Notes: generated by a model not told the origin, from the sequence alone. A DNA stretch of 64,000 bases from Clostridiales bacterium (GCA_018335855.1 JAGXRM010000060.1:79418-143417), one strand, 5' to 3'. Shown: positions 1 to 9,089, counted from the first letter of the stretch. Program-made: numbers and translations.

Positions 1-1
1 T

Positions 2-1063
2 CTGGCCAAAGGGACGGAGAAAGAAATGTCTGTAAAGATGGGTGTGACTTCCGTGGAAGGAGTCAATATTTATTTAATACCCATTTCCTATATGTATGGA
101 TCAGATACGGGCTGGGAAGGCAATGAAAAAGAAACATTAACGGTGACGGCACGGCAACTGGGACTTTCAGAGAAGACTTCTGTTGCCGGAACACCGCGGG
201 TTTTTTTGAGCAAGTATGCGTTATCACACAGTCAAATATTGGCGGGAAACACGGTTCGGCTGACTTTAAACATTGAGAATAGCAGTACCCGGCAAGTAGG
301 TAATATTAAGATTTCGCTGGGTGTTATTCCCATGGAAGGTGGAGCGAGCGGAACAGTATTTTCTCCCGTAAATAGTAGCAATAGCTTCTTTATTGAGAAG
401 ATTGGAAGTAAGGGAACGGTCATAAAAAACATTGATTTATACGTCGATCCAAATGCCGCGGCTAAAACATATATAGTGCCAGTAGATATTGAATACGAGG
501 ACTCCACCGGTAAAGGATACAGTGTCTCAGAAATGGTGAATCTTCCGGTAACCCAGGAAAGCAGGCTACAGGTTCTTTCCGTGGAAGTGCCGCCCATGGG
601 TGGTGTGGGCCAACCGGTGCCGATTAGTGCCGAGTTTGTCAATGTGGGCAAGGTTGCCCTGAAGAACTTCATGGTCAGCATTGAGGGGGATTTCCCAAAA
701 GAGAACGCATCATATTTTCTGGCAAGCATGGAAATCGGCATGAGCGATTACTTTCAGGGGATGATTATTCCTCAAGCCGAGGGATTACTGACAGGCATCG
801 TTGTTTTCACATATACAGACAATACAAATCAGGAAGTCAGGGTTGAGAAACCTTTTGAGGTGAACGTACAACAGATGGATTTCGGTAAGCCGCCGGAGGA
901 ACCGTTCCCGCCCGACAGGCCCGGAGAGGGCCCGCCCCGGTCAAACTGGAAGCAACGGCTTCTCTGGGTTATCCCGACACTCATGATCGCCGCCGGTGGT
1001 TTGTGGCTTGCAATGAAAAAACTGCGCGCAAGGCGTGGTGAGATGTTCGATGAAGAACTATGA
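2..1063 (+). CDS. Extracytoplasmic beta-rich repeat protein with Pro-rich linker and C-terminal TM anchor (5' end probably outside window)
   Basis: The frame is open from nt 2. The C-terminus has a PPEEPFPPDRPGEGPP linker, then hydrophobic LLWVIPTLMIAAGGLWLAM, then KKLRARR. The 3' end overlaps the next permease gene, suggesting an operon. Confidence 0.6.
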   Translation: MAKGTEKEMSVKMGVTSVEGVNIYLIPISYMYGSDTGWEGNEKETLTVTARQLGLSEKTSVAGTPRVFLSKYALSHSQILAGNTVRLTLNIENSSTRQVGNIKISLGVIPMEGGASGTVFSPVNSSNSFFIEKIGSKGTVIKNIDLYVDPNAAAKTYIVPVDIEYEDSTGKGYSVSEMVNLPVTQESRLQVLSVEVPPMGGVGQPVPISAEFVNVGKVALKNFMVSIEGDFPKENASYFLASMEIGMSDYFQGMIIPQAEGLLTGIVVFTYTDNTNQEVRVEKPFEVNVQQMDFGKPPEEPFPPDRPGEGPPRSNWKQRLLWVIPTLMIAAGGLWLAMKKLRARRGEMFDEEL

Positions 1064-2426
1064 TCTGTTAGTTTTGGCCAATAAAAATCTCTGGCGCCGT
1101 AAGGGACGGACGGTATTAACGGTGCTTGGTGTCATAATCGGTACGGCATCCATTGTCGTCATGCTTTCGCTGGGCATCGGCCTGGTGGAATCTCAGAAGA
1201 AGCAAATGGAACAATGGGGCAGTTTAAATATTATCCGTGTCCACCAGGCGTGGGATTTTCCCGGGCACGAGGGCGGGCAACAAAAAAGACTGACTGATGA
1301 GGCTATAGCAGAAATCAGAGCAATCAAGGGCGTTACGGCCATTTCTCCGGCTATTGAAGTGGGGGGAGAAGCCCGCTTTGGCAGGAAAATTGGCCATATT
1401 ATGCTGGTCGGGTTAGAACCCGGCCTGATGGAACAACTAGAATTTAGTGTATCAGACGGACGACTGTTAAACCAGGATGACCGCTTTAACGTGGTGGCCG
1501 GGTCCCAGGTAATAAACAACTTCTGGGATCCCAAACAGCGCCATAATCCCTGGGAATGGGAAGGACCGCCTCAGGGTGACCCTCTTGAATTACTGGATCA
1601 GCGTTTATCATTGACTCTTCATAACAATAAACAGCAAAAACGAATTTATAATCTGAATGTAGTGGGAATTTTAAGTCAAAAAACCATGGAGCGGGCCTGG
1701 GAAGTTTATGCACCTATTTCAGAACTGAGAAAGATGCGGGACTTTATAAACCAAGGGCGACAGGATAATTCCTTTCAAGAAAAAATGTATATGGACGAGA
1801 AGGTTATTATTTCACCTGGCAGACCCACACCGGCCAGACCTGCGCCAAAGCTGGAAGAACAATACTCCTTTGCTTTGGTTCGCACCGATGATGTGGGAGA
1901 CACCCGCAGAATCAGTAAAGAATTGCGGGACAGGAGCTACAACGCTTATTCCATGGCAGATAATCTCGAAGGAATCGAGGAGGCGGCCCGCCGATTCCAG
2001 GCGATACTGGGAGGAATAGGAGCTATCACTTTACTAGTTGCCGCCATAGGCATTACCAATACAATGGTCATGTCCATCTACGAAAGAACGCGGGAAATTG
2101 CCATCATGAAGGTGATAGGCGCATCGTTCCGGGAGATTCGCTGGCTCTTTCTTGCAGAGTCTTCTTTAATCGGATTGTTGGGGGGCTCCTTTGGCATTGG
2201 GTTGAGCTTTCTGTTGTCATCGGTATTAAACCGGTACGGCGCTTCATTTATGAATCCGGGCGGCGGCATGATGCCGGGGTCGGAGGCGATACAGATTTCT
2301 ATGATTCCACCCTGGCTTGTGGGGTTCGCGTTATTATTTAGCATCAGTATTGGCTTGCTGTCGGGGATTTACCCGGCAAACAGGGCAATACGCCTGGATC
2401 CTATAACAGCTATGCGTCATGGCTAG
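1050..2426 (+). CDS. ABC transporter permease, FtsX/MacB type
   Basis: N-terminal TM segment (RTVLTVLGVIIGTASIVVMLSLG), a large periplasmic domain and a C-terminal FtsX-like 3-TM bundle (REIAIMKVIGAS...). The ATG at 1050 has a better-spaced RBS than the track start at 1035. Confidence 0.85.
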   Translation: MKNYDLLVLANKNLWRRKGRTVLTVLGVIIGTASIVVMLSLGIGLVESQKKQMEQWGSLNIIRVHQAWDFPGHEGGQQKRLTDEAIAEIRAIKGVTAISPAIEVGGEARFGRKIGHIMLVGLEPGLMEQLEFSVSDGRLLNQDDRFNVVAGSQVINNFWDPKQRHNPWEWEGPPQGDPLELLDQRLSLTLHNNKQQKRIYNLNVVGILSQKTMERAWEVYAPISELRKMRDFINQGRQDNSFQEKMYMDEKVIISPGRPTPARPAPKLEEQYSFALVRTDDVGDTRRISKELRDRSYNAYSMADNLEGIEEAARRFQAILGGIGAITLLVAAIGITNTMVMSIYERTREIAIMKVIGASFREIRWLFLAESSLIGLLGGSFGIGLSFLLSSVLNRYGASFMNPGGGMMPGSEAIQISMIPPWLVGFALLFSISIGLLSGIYPANRAIRLDPITAMRHG

Positions 2427-2531
2427 TGCGGTCTGCAACAAAAACTCCATATTTCTCAAGACTAAAAAAGCCTGGTATCGCAACGTACATTCATACGTCT
2501 GCGCGCCGGGCCTTTTGTGTGTTTGCTTACT

Positions 2532-3200
2532 TTACAGTTCAGTGGATTCTCCGGGAGCCAGAACAATACATTTGCTGGCTGTATTTTGTTCAACTTTCTC
2601 CCGGAATTCTTCTGGGTCGGCAGTGATCAGGGGCCATGTATTATAGTGGAAGGGGATAACATGGTTCGCACCGACCAGTTTGGCTGCGTAGACCGCGTCA
2701 TCCACGTCCATGGTGAAGTTCCCGCCTATAGGGACGAGGAAGGTGTTAATTCTCTCTATGTCTCCCAGCAACTTCATGTCTCCGAACAGCGAGGTGTCTC
2801 CGGTAAAATAGAGGGTGAACCCTTTTACATTGATAATAAAGCCGCAGGCATGGCCGCCGGCAATGCCTGCACCGTGGAAAGCCGGGGTAACCCGAACGTA
2901 GCCGAAGTCAAAAGCGCGTTTTCCGCCAATATGCATCGGGTGTCCTTTGGCTCCGTGCTTCTCACATTCCTGGATAATCTCAAAGGTTGAAATTACAGTG
3001 GCTCCGGTTCTTTTGGCGATATCGTAGGTATCGCCAAGATGGTCGGCATGGGCATGGGATACCAGTATGTAGTCGGCTTGCACTTCATCAGCGCTGGTTG
3101 TGGCAAGGGGGTTGTCGGTGAGAAAGGGATCAAACAAAAACACCTGCCCGTTACTTTCCATTTGAAAGCAGGCATGTCCCAGAAATGTAATCTTTGCCAT
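2532..3200 (-). CDS. UPF0173-family metallo-beta-lactamase-fold hydrolase
   Basis: MAKITFLGHACF..., with an HAHADH metal motif. AGGAGG lies 9 nt upstream of the ATG at 3200; the two upstream ATGs abut the RBS. Confidence 0.85.
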   Translation of the reverse strand: MAKITFLGHACFQMESNGQVFLFDPFLTDNPLATTSADEVQADYILVSHAHADHLGDTYDIAKRTGATVISTFEIIQECEKHGAKGHPMHIGGKRAFDFGYVRVTPAFHGAGIAGGHACGFIINVKGFTLYFTGDTSLFGDMKLLGDIERINTFLVPIGGNFTMDVDDAVYAAKLVGANHVIPFHYNTWPLITADPEEFREKVEQNTASKCIVLAPGESTEL

Positions 3201-3436
3201 AAACATCATCCTCCTGAATCTCTTTTCTTTATTATACCCTATGGTATTCCCGGGTTACAAACGACTTTATATCGCGCAGGGTATTGGCTAATTATGGCGA
3301 ATATAGTAACAGATAGGGCTGTTGAAAAACTGCGCTATTGTTTACTTTTAACTAACCTTGCACATATGTAGCGCATATCAGATTATTGTTTGCTGGTTTG
3401 CGCATGCTAAGATGAGATTGATACGAGGAGTGATCA

Positions 3437-4297
3437 ATGATGGAAAACGTAGATATTGCTATTATTGGTTGCGGACCTGCGGGCCTTTCTGCAGCAATTA
3501 ATGTTAAGGCACGAAACCGCAGCTTGTTGCTCATCGGCCCTCAGTTGTGCAGTTCTTCACTACATAAAGCCCATAGAATTAATAATTATCTGGGAATACC
3601 TGAAATGCCCGGTGAAGATTTAAGGAAAGCCTTCTTAAACCATGCAAAAGACATGGGTGTAGAAGTAACACAGTTAAGTGTGGCCGGGATTTATCCAGTA
3701 GGTGATGTTTTTCAGTTGCAGATTCAGGATGACTTTATCGAGGCAAAGGCTGTTGTTCTTACAACTGGAGTAGTATCCACTCATCATCTTCCCGGTGAAG
3801 AAGCGTTTACCGGCAAAGGCGTTTCCTACTGTGCAACTTGTGATGCCCTCTTTTACCGCGGGAAAACCATAGCTGTTATCGCGGAAGCAGAAGAGCATGA
3901 AGATGAAGCCATCTTTTTGGCAGAAGTGGTAGAAAAGATGTTTTTCCTCCCCAAATATGAAGTGAGCCGCAAGTTTCCCGACAATGTGGAAGTCATCAGT
4001 GACAGGGTCAAGGGGTTTAGGGGAGGAGAACGTTTAGAGACGATAAGCCTGGCTGAGCGTGGGGAATTACCTGTGGACGGAGTATTTATCTTAAAGGCAC
4101 AAATGCCAATGTCTCAGTTGGTTCCCGGTTTGGAACTGGAAAACAAACATGTCCGCGTAAATTTAGAAATGGCCACAAATGTTACCGGTGTTTACGCTGC
4201 AGGCGATGTTGCCGGCAGACCGTACCAAGTGGCAAAAGCCGTGGGACAGGGTCAACAGGCAGCATTAAGTGCAGTAACATATATTGATAAAGTATAG
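3437..4297 (+). CDS. Thioredoxin-reductase-like FAD flavoprotein (CATC redox motif, no NADPH motifs)
   Basis: GCGPAGLSAA FAD fold, SYCATCD redox motif and GVYAAGDVAG are present. The GGGDSA and HRR motifs of NADPH-dependent TrxR are absent. Confidence 0.8.
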   Translation: MMENVDIAIIGCGPAGLSAAINVKARNRSLLLIGPQLCSSSLHKAHRINNYLGIPEMPGEDLRKAFLNHAKDMGVEVTQLSVAGIYPVGDVFQLQIQDDFIEAKAVVLTTGVVSTHHLPGEEAFTGKGVSYCATCDALFYRGKTIAVIAEAEEHEDEAIFLAEVVEKMFFLPKYEVSRKFPDNVEVISDRVKGFRGGERLETISLAERGELPVDGVFILKAQMPMSQLVPGLELENKHVRVNLEMATNVTGVYAAGDVAGRPYQVAKAVGQGQQAALSAVTYIDKV

Positions 4298-4443
4298 CAA
4301 CAAGGAGATTAGAACAGCAGCTTCGTTCTAGCCTCCTGACTCCGGTATTACAAAAAAATCCAAAAAATTTCTGCAAGTGTGATGTCCGTCATTTCCAGAC
4401 ATTTTTGGCAACGGTATACTGGAGTTAAGAATTGAAGGGAAGG

Positions 4444-5343
4444 ATGAAGAAATTGGAAGCAACTATTGCTAATTTACGTAAAACATTTACAGATCTAGGG
4501 TATATCACCGATGAAGAAGTGTTAACTACCGTATATCTGTCATTGAAACTGGAAAAACCTCTTTTGATTGAAGGCGCACCCGGAGTGGGGAAGACAGAAC
4601 TGGCTAAAGTACTCTCCCAGGTCTTTGATACTGACTTAATCCGTTTGCAGTGTTACGAGGGTCTGGATGAGAACAAAGCCCTTTATGAATGGAACTACCA
4701 GCGTCAACTCCTAAAAATTCAAATCTCAAAGGAAACGGCATGTGTCGAAGATTTGGAGCAGGACTTATTTTCTGAAGAGTATTTGCTGGAAAGACCACTT
4801 TTAAAGGCAATTCAGTCTGAGAAAAAAGTGGTATTGCTGATTGACGAGGTCGATAAAACAGACGAAGAATTCGAAGCGTTTCTCTTCGAGGTTCTTTCCG
4901 ACTTTCAGGTTTCTGTCCCGGAACTGGGGACCATTAAAGCACGCCAGATCCCCATGGTCGTTCTGACGAGTAACAATGAGCGGGAACTGTCTGACGGTCT
5001 CAAGCGGCGCTGCATATATCTTTATCTTGATTACCCCACGGTTGACCGTGAAATTGAAATTATCCGTGCCCGGATTCCTGATATCGGTGATAAGCTTTCC
5101 CTGGAAATTGCCAAGGCTGTTTCCCTAATCCGCAGTGATCAGGATATTAAGAAAAAGCCTTCCATCGCTGAAACACTGGATTGGGGCAGGGCGCTGGTGA
5201 CGATGGAAAAGGACCGGTTAACAAAAAATGCTGTTGACCAAACATTAAACCTGCTGCTGAAAACAAAATCGGATATCGATGCCTTCAAAAGTAATATAGG
5301 TGCTGTCCGCCTGGAGGAATACGTCCGGACGGAGAAGAGCTAG
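4444..5343 (+). CDS. MoxR/CoxD-like AAA+ ATPase
   Basis: Walker A GAPGVGKTELAK and Walker B LLIDEVDK, about 300 aa. ATG at 4444 follows GAAGGGAAGG. Confidence 0.85.
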   Translation: MKKLEATIANLRKTFTDLGYITDEEVLTTVYLSLKLEKPLLIEGAPGVGKTELAKVLSQVFDTDLIRLQCYEGLDENKALYEWNYQRQLLKIQISKETACVEDLEQDLFSEEYLLERPLLKAIQSEKKVVLLIDEVDKTDEEFEAFLFEVLSDFQVSVPELGTIKARQIPMVVLTSNNERELSDGLKRRCIYLYLDYPTVDREIEIIRARIPDIGDKLSLEIAKAVSLIRSDQDIKKKPSIAETLDWGRALVTMEKDRLTKNAVDQTLNLLLKTKSDIDAFKSNIGAVRLEEYVRTEKS

Positions 5344-5344
5344 A

Positions 5345-6679
5345 ATGAAGAACTACCTGGAAATAAACGTGGTGAGGTTTATTCACCTGCTGCGCCACGC
5401 TGGAATCCGTATCGGCAGCGGGGAAGTAATAGATGCGTTAAACGCGTTGGCGCTGCTGGATTTATCTGACCGGGATGCCGTTAAGGCGGCGCTAAAAGCC
5501 ACGCTGGTTAAACGACCCGGAGAACAGCCGGTTTTTAATAAAGCTTTTGATGTTTTTTTCGCCCCTCCTGAAGCAAAAGAAAAGCAGAGTACAGAATACC
5601 GACAAAAGCTGGATGAGCACCAGCAACAGTTGGAACAGGCCGGGGAAGAGCTGAGTTTTCAGGGAACAGCTCTTGACCTTTCTGATAAAGAAAAAACGGT
5701 CTATGCCAGTATCCCTGATAAAGACAGAGAAAAACTCCTTGATTATATTAATAAAACATCATCGGGAAAAAATGTGGAACAGCATTTCAAGCCGCTATTG
5801 GAAAGCGTAGTTAAAGGTTCGCTGTCTTACTGGCGTAAAAGTTTACGTGACGAATTGGATTTGAGTGACAGGCCGCAGACAGGAGATCAAGATATTGATG
5901 CTTTGGTTGATGCGGTGGGCAGTACAGGTGAAGGCGGCTTTGGCTCCCTGCTGGAAGAAGATATGCAAAACATTGCCGACAAGGATTTGCCAAGGGCACA
6001 GGCGCTAATCCGCAAACTGGCGCGTCAGATGGTAGCGAGAATTTCGCGGCGCTACCGGCAGAGTAAAAAACATAAACAACTGGACTTGCGCAAGAGTATC
6101 CGTCACAATATTCGCTTCGGCGGCACCATGTTTCGTCTCCGTTACCGTAGCCGACGTGTGCAAAAACCGAAATTAATTCTCCTTTGTGACGTGTCTGGAT
6201 CGATGGCCCGGTATGCCAGTTTTGTACTGCAATTTATTTACGGTATTCACGCCGTGGTGGGTAGCATTGAAAGTTTTGTCTTCTCAGAAGATTTGGAGCG
6301 TGTTACTGAATCTTTCGAGCAAGGTGCCAATTTTAACGCAACCATGCTTGACGTTATCAACCGCTCGTCAGAGTGGGGCCGGGGTACTAACCTGGCGGCA
6401 TCGTTGCGGACACTTCGTAGCAAGCATGCTCATATATTAACCGGAAATTCCTACGTCCTGATTGTCAGCGATACAAAGACGATGGCGTTAGATGAAGCGG
6501 TGCGTGAAGTTAGTCAGTTGAAACGCAGAGTTAAAGATATTATTTGGTTAAATACACTGCCCCAGCAAGAATGGGAGCATGGCAAAACGGTGCAAACATT
6601 AAAGAATGTGGTCAGGATGTATCCCTGCAACACACTTTCTGAATTGGAAGCTGTCATGCGCAGGAAAATCATTATCTAA
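5345..6679 (+). CDS. VWA-domain protein, CoxE-like
   Basis: MIDAS-type motif LLCDVSGSM in the C-terminal half. The start lies 1 nt after the MoxR stop. Confidence 0.8.
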   Translation: MKNYLEINVVRFIHLLRHAGIRIGSGEVIDALNALALLDLSDRDAVKAALKATLVKRPGEQPVFNKAFDVFFAPPEAKEKQSTEYRQKLDEHQQQLEQAGEELSFQGTALDLSDKEKTVYASIPDKDREKLLDYINKTSSGKNVEQHFKPLLESVVKGSLSYWRKSLRDELDLSDRPQTGDQDIDALVDAVGSTGEGGFGSLLEEDMQNIADKDLPRAQALIRKLARQMVARISRRYRQSKKHKQLDLRKSIRHNIRFGGTMFRLRYRSRRVQKPKLILLCDVSGSMARYASFVLQFIYGIHAVVGSIESFVFSEDLERVTESFEQGANFNATMLDVINRSSEWGRGTNLAASLRTLRSKHAHILTGNSYVLIVSDTKTMALDEAVREVSQLKRRVKDIIWLNTLPQQEWEHGKTVQTLKNVVRMYPCNTLSELEAVMRRKIII

Positions 6680-6700
6680 ATTAATGGGAGGTATTTATTT

Positions 6701-7453
6701 ATGAAGCAAATTGCTATTGCAGGAAAGGGTGGCGTAGGGAAAACAACATTTTCGGCCCTTATGATCCGCTACTTATTGAAGAACAAGCCGGGAAAGTCCA
6801 TATTAGCAGTTGATGCCGATGCCAATGCTAATCTAAATGAAGCACTGGGGCTGGAAGTGGAAAACACAATCTCCACCATGTTAGAAGACACAAAAAAACC
6901 AAACGCCATTCCGACGGGTATGACAAAAGAGATGTACATTGAATTTAAGCTCCAGGACGCCCTGGTAGAGACGAATAATTTTGATTTGCTCGTCATGGGA
7001 AATCCGCAGGGATCGGGATGCTACTGCTACCCCAACGATTTGTTGCGTAAACATCTGGAAACGCTCCGTAAAAACTATGACTATGTAACTGTCGATAACG
7101 AAGCGGGGCTGGAGCATCTAAGCCGCCGGGTAATTTCCGATGTAGACATGTTAATTGTGGTCAGTGACGCCTCAGCCCGGAGCATTCGTTCTGCCAGCCG
7201 TGTCCATGACATTGTTAAATCTGTAAATCTCGATGTAAAAGAACTCTATCTGGTGGTGACCAAAGTAACAGGGAATGAGATTGAGGAACTCCAGGGAGAG
7301 ATAGACAAGACCGGCTTAAGGCTGATTGGTACAGTTCCCCTGGATCCCATGGTAGCCGAGTTCGATGTTAAAAGTAAAGCGCTCATTGACCTTCCCGACG
7401 ACTCCGCCGCCGTGCAAGCCGTTAACGCCATCCTCAGCAAAATCAATCTGTAA
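6701..7453 (+). CDS. cooC: CooC/AcsF-family P-loop metallochaperone NTPase
   Basis: IAGKGGVGKTT deviant Walker A and a GSGCYCYPN CxC metal-binding motif. Size is typical of the family (250 aa). Confidence 0.8.
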   Translation: MKQIAIAGKGGVGKTTFSALMIRYLLKNKPGKSILAVDADANANLNEALGLEVENTISTMLEDTKKPNAIPTGMTKEMYIEFKLQDALVETNNFDLLVMGNPQGSGCYCYPNDLLRKHLETLRKNYDYVTVDNEAGLEHLSRRVISDVDMLIVVSDASARSIRSASRVHDIVKSVNLDVKELYLVVTKVTGNEIEELQGEIDKTGLRLIGTVPLDPMVAEFDVKSKALIDLPDDSAAVQAVNAILSKINL

Positions 7454-7466
7454 AGCCACGCAAAAT

Positions 7467-7495
7467 AAAACCCGCCCAGGCGGGTTTGTTTGTTT
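7467..7495 (+). terminator. Intrinsic terminator after the cooC-like gene
   Basis: AACCCGC-ccag-GCGGGTT hairpin followed by TGTTTGTTT. Confidence 0.7.
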
Positions 7496-7585
7496 GCAAA
7501 CCGTCCCCCGGTTTGCAGTTTTGCAACTGTGGGGACGGTTCCGGATTTGCAGTTTTGCAACTTTAGGAACCGTCCCCGGTTTGCA
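7495..7585. repeat. Composite intergenic repeat: three copies of AACCGTCCCC (+,-,+) interleaved with two copies of TTTGCAGTTTTGCAAC
   Basis: Read directly: TGCAAACCG-tcccc-CGGTTTGCA hairpin (7495-7517). GGGGACGGTTCC (7531-7542) is complementary to both 7499-7508 and 7566-7577. Confidence 0.7.
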
Positions 7586-7588
7586 TTA

Positions 7589-8191
7589 TTAGTGGGGGCG
7601 GGGGAGTGTCCAGCCGTAGCGGATGGCGAAGACTCTTAAAATGATGACCAGCAAAGTGGTCAGTGCCATAACGAGATCGGGGGTAACTCCCACCCTGTGC
7701 AGTATGATAAAAAAGATACCACCGATAATACAACTGACGGCGTAAAAGTCCCGTGTTAAGACAAAGGGAATTTCACCTGCCAGCACATCCCGGATCATGC
7801 CTCCCGCTGTAGCTGTAATTGTTCCTAAGATGATGGCGCTTGTGTAAGTTGTATTCATCTCCAAGGCGCGCAGCACGCCAATCGTGACAAAGGTTCCCAG
7901 TCCGACAGCATCAGCTAGCAGGACAACTGACCGGATACGCAGAAGCTGTTCCATAAACAGAAATGTAAACATGGAGCCGATAATAGCCAGGGAAAAGTAA
8001 AGATCCTGGCGAAAGGCGAAAGGCGGAAACTGGCCGAGCAAAACTTCTCTGAGTGTGCCGCCGCCAATGGCTGTGACCGTACCCAGGACGATGATGCCAA
8101 ACAAGTCCATATTCTTTTTTACGGCGACCATGGCGCCGGAAATAGCGAAGAAAAATGTGCCGGCCAGGTCCAGAATAAAAAGTAGGCTCAT
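7589..8191 (-). CDS. UPF0126 (YadS/YicG, TRIC-like) membrane protein
   Basis: Two internal repeats of a 3-TM glycine-rich module (AISGAM...GGGTLR / ATAGGMIRD). Confidence 0.8.
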   Translation of the reverse strand: MSLLFILDLAGTFFFAISGAMVAVKKNMDLFGIIVLGTVTAIGGGTLREVLLGQFPPFAFRQDLYFSLAIIGSMFTFLFMEQLLRIRSVVLLADAVGLGTFVTIGVLRALEMNTTYTSAIILGTITATAGGMIRDVLAGEIPFVLTRDFYAVSCIIGGIFFIILHRVGVTPDLVMALTTLLVIILRVFAIRYGWTLPRPH

Positions 8192-8408
8192 CCTGTCACC
8201 CTTTCCCAGTGTTTTTTAGATGAGTTCTGCCGAAATAGTTAAAATCCTGCAGCGGGTGATAAAAAGGTAAATTCAGGATAAGTTTGTATTATTAATATAC
8301 TCGCGGTACAATAAAGTGAATAAAGTGGAGGACGTATGCGGCTGTCATTTAAATCTACTGTAAACGGCACGTTTACGGCTGAAATGAGCATTCCTATTCT
8401 ATCTGGGG

Positions 8409-9089
8409 GTGATTCCCATCAAACAGTTTTCACGTTACCGGGACCGTTGTGAAGCGGGTGAAATCCTGGCTGAAGTATTGAGGCGTTACGAAGGAAAAGA
8501 AGTGGTCGTTCTCGCTGTACCCAGAGGTGGTGTGCCGGTGGCTCTCCCTGTTGTCAGGGAACTGCAGTGTGAGATGGATCTGATTATTCCGAGGAAGATT
8601 GGGGCACCGCATCAGCCTGAGGTGGCGCTTGGCGCTGTGTGTGAAGATGGGGAAGTCCTGTTAAATCCGCATTTGGTGCAAAGTCTCGGCGTGAGTGATT
8701 CCTATATTAACCAGGCATCCAATGTTGAAGTGAATGAGATAAAACGACGCCTCTCTGTATACCGGGGATCACGCCCTCCTGTGAATATTGCAGGCAGAAC
8801 GGTGATTGTTATTGATGACGGTGTGGCCACCGGTTTCACCATTACGGCTGCGCTCCAGTCTGTTGCCCGACGCAGTCCGGCGGAACTGATCCTGGCTGTC
8901 CCTGTGGCGCCGCAGGACACGATAAAAACGCTGGCCCGTGAAGTGGATACGGTAATCTGCCCCTTGCAGCCGGAAATATTTTATGCCGTCGGTCAGTTTT
9001 ATAAAAATTTTAAACAATTATCTGATGAAGATGTCCGTGATATGCTGCAACAGGTATGGGGCCTACATGCTGAAGAGGAAAACGGTTAG
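8409..9089 (+). CDS. Predicted phosphoribosyltransferase
   Basis: YRDRCEAGEILAE N-terminus and a PRPP-binding loop VIVIDDGVATGFT. The GTG start is uncertain. Confidence 0.7.
   Translation: MIPIKQFSRYRDRCEAGEILAEVLRRYEGKEVVVLAVPRGGVPVALPVVRELQCEMDLIIPRKIGAPHQPEVALGAVCEDGEVLLNPHLVQSLGVSDSYINQASNVEVNEIKRRLSVYRGSRPPVNIAGRTVIVIDDGVATGFTITAALQSVARRSPAELILAVPVAPQDTIKTLAREVDTVICPLQPEIFYAVGQFYKNFKQLSDEDVRDMLQQVWGLHAEEENG

Noticed and set aside
2419-2990. Several plus-strand ORFs (2419-2646, 2426-2626, 2517-2990)
   Set aside because: They are antisense to, or overlap, the UPF0173 hydrolase gene and its terminator region. No translation signals.
3287-3364. 25-codon ORF MANIVTDRAVEKLRYCLLLTNLAHM in the divergent promoter region
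   Set aside because: No RBS. It lies in an AT-rich promoter region between divergent genes.
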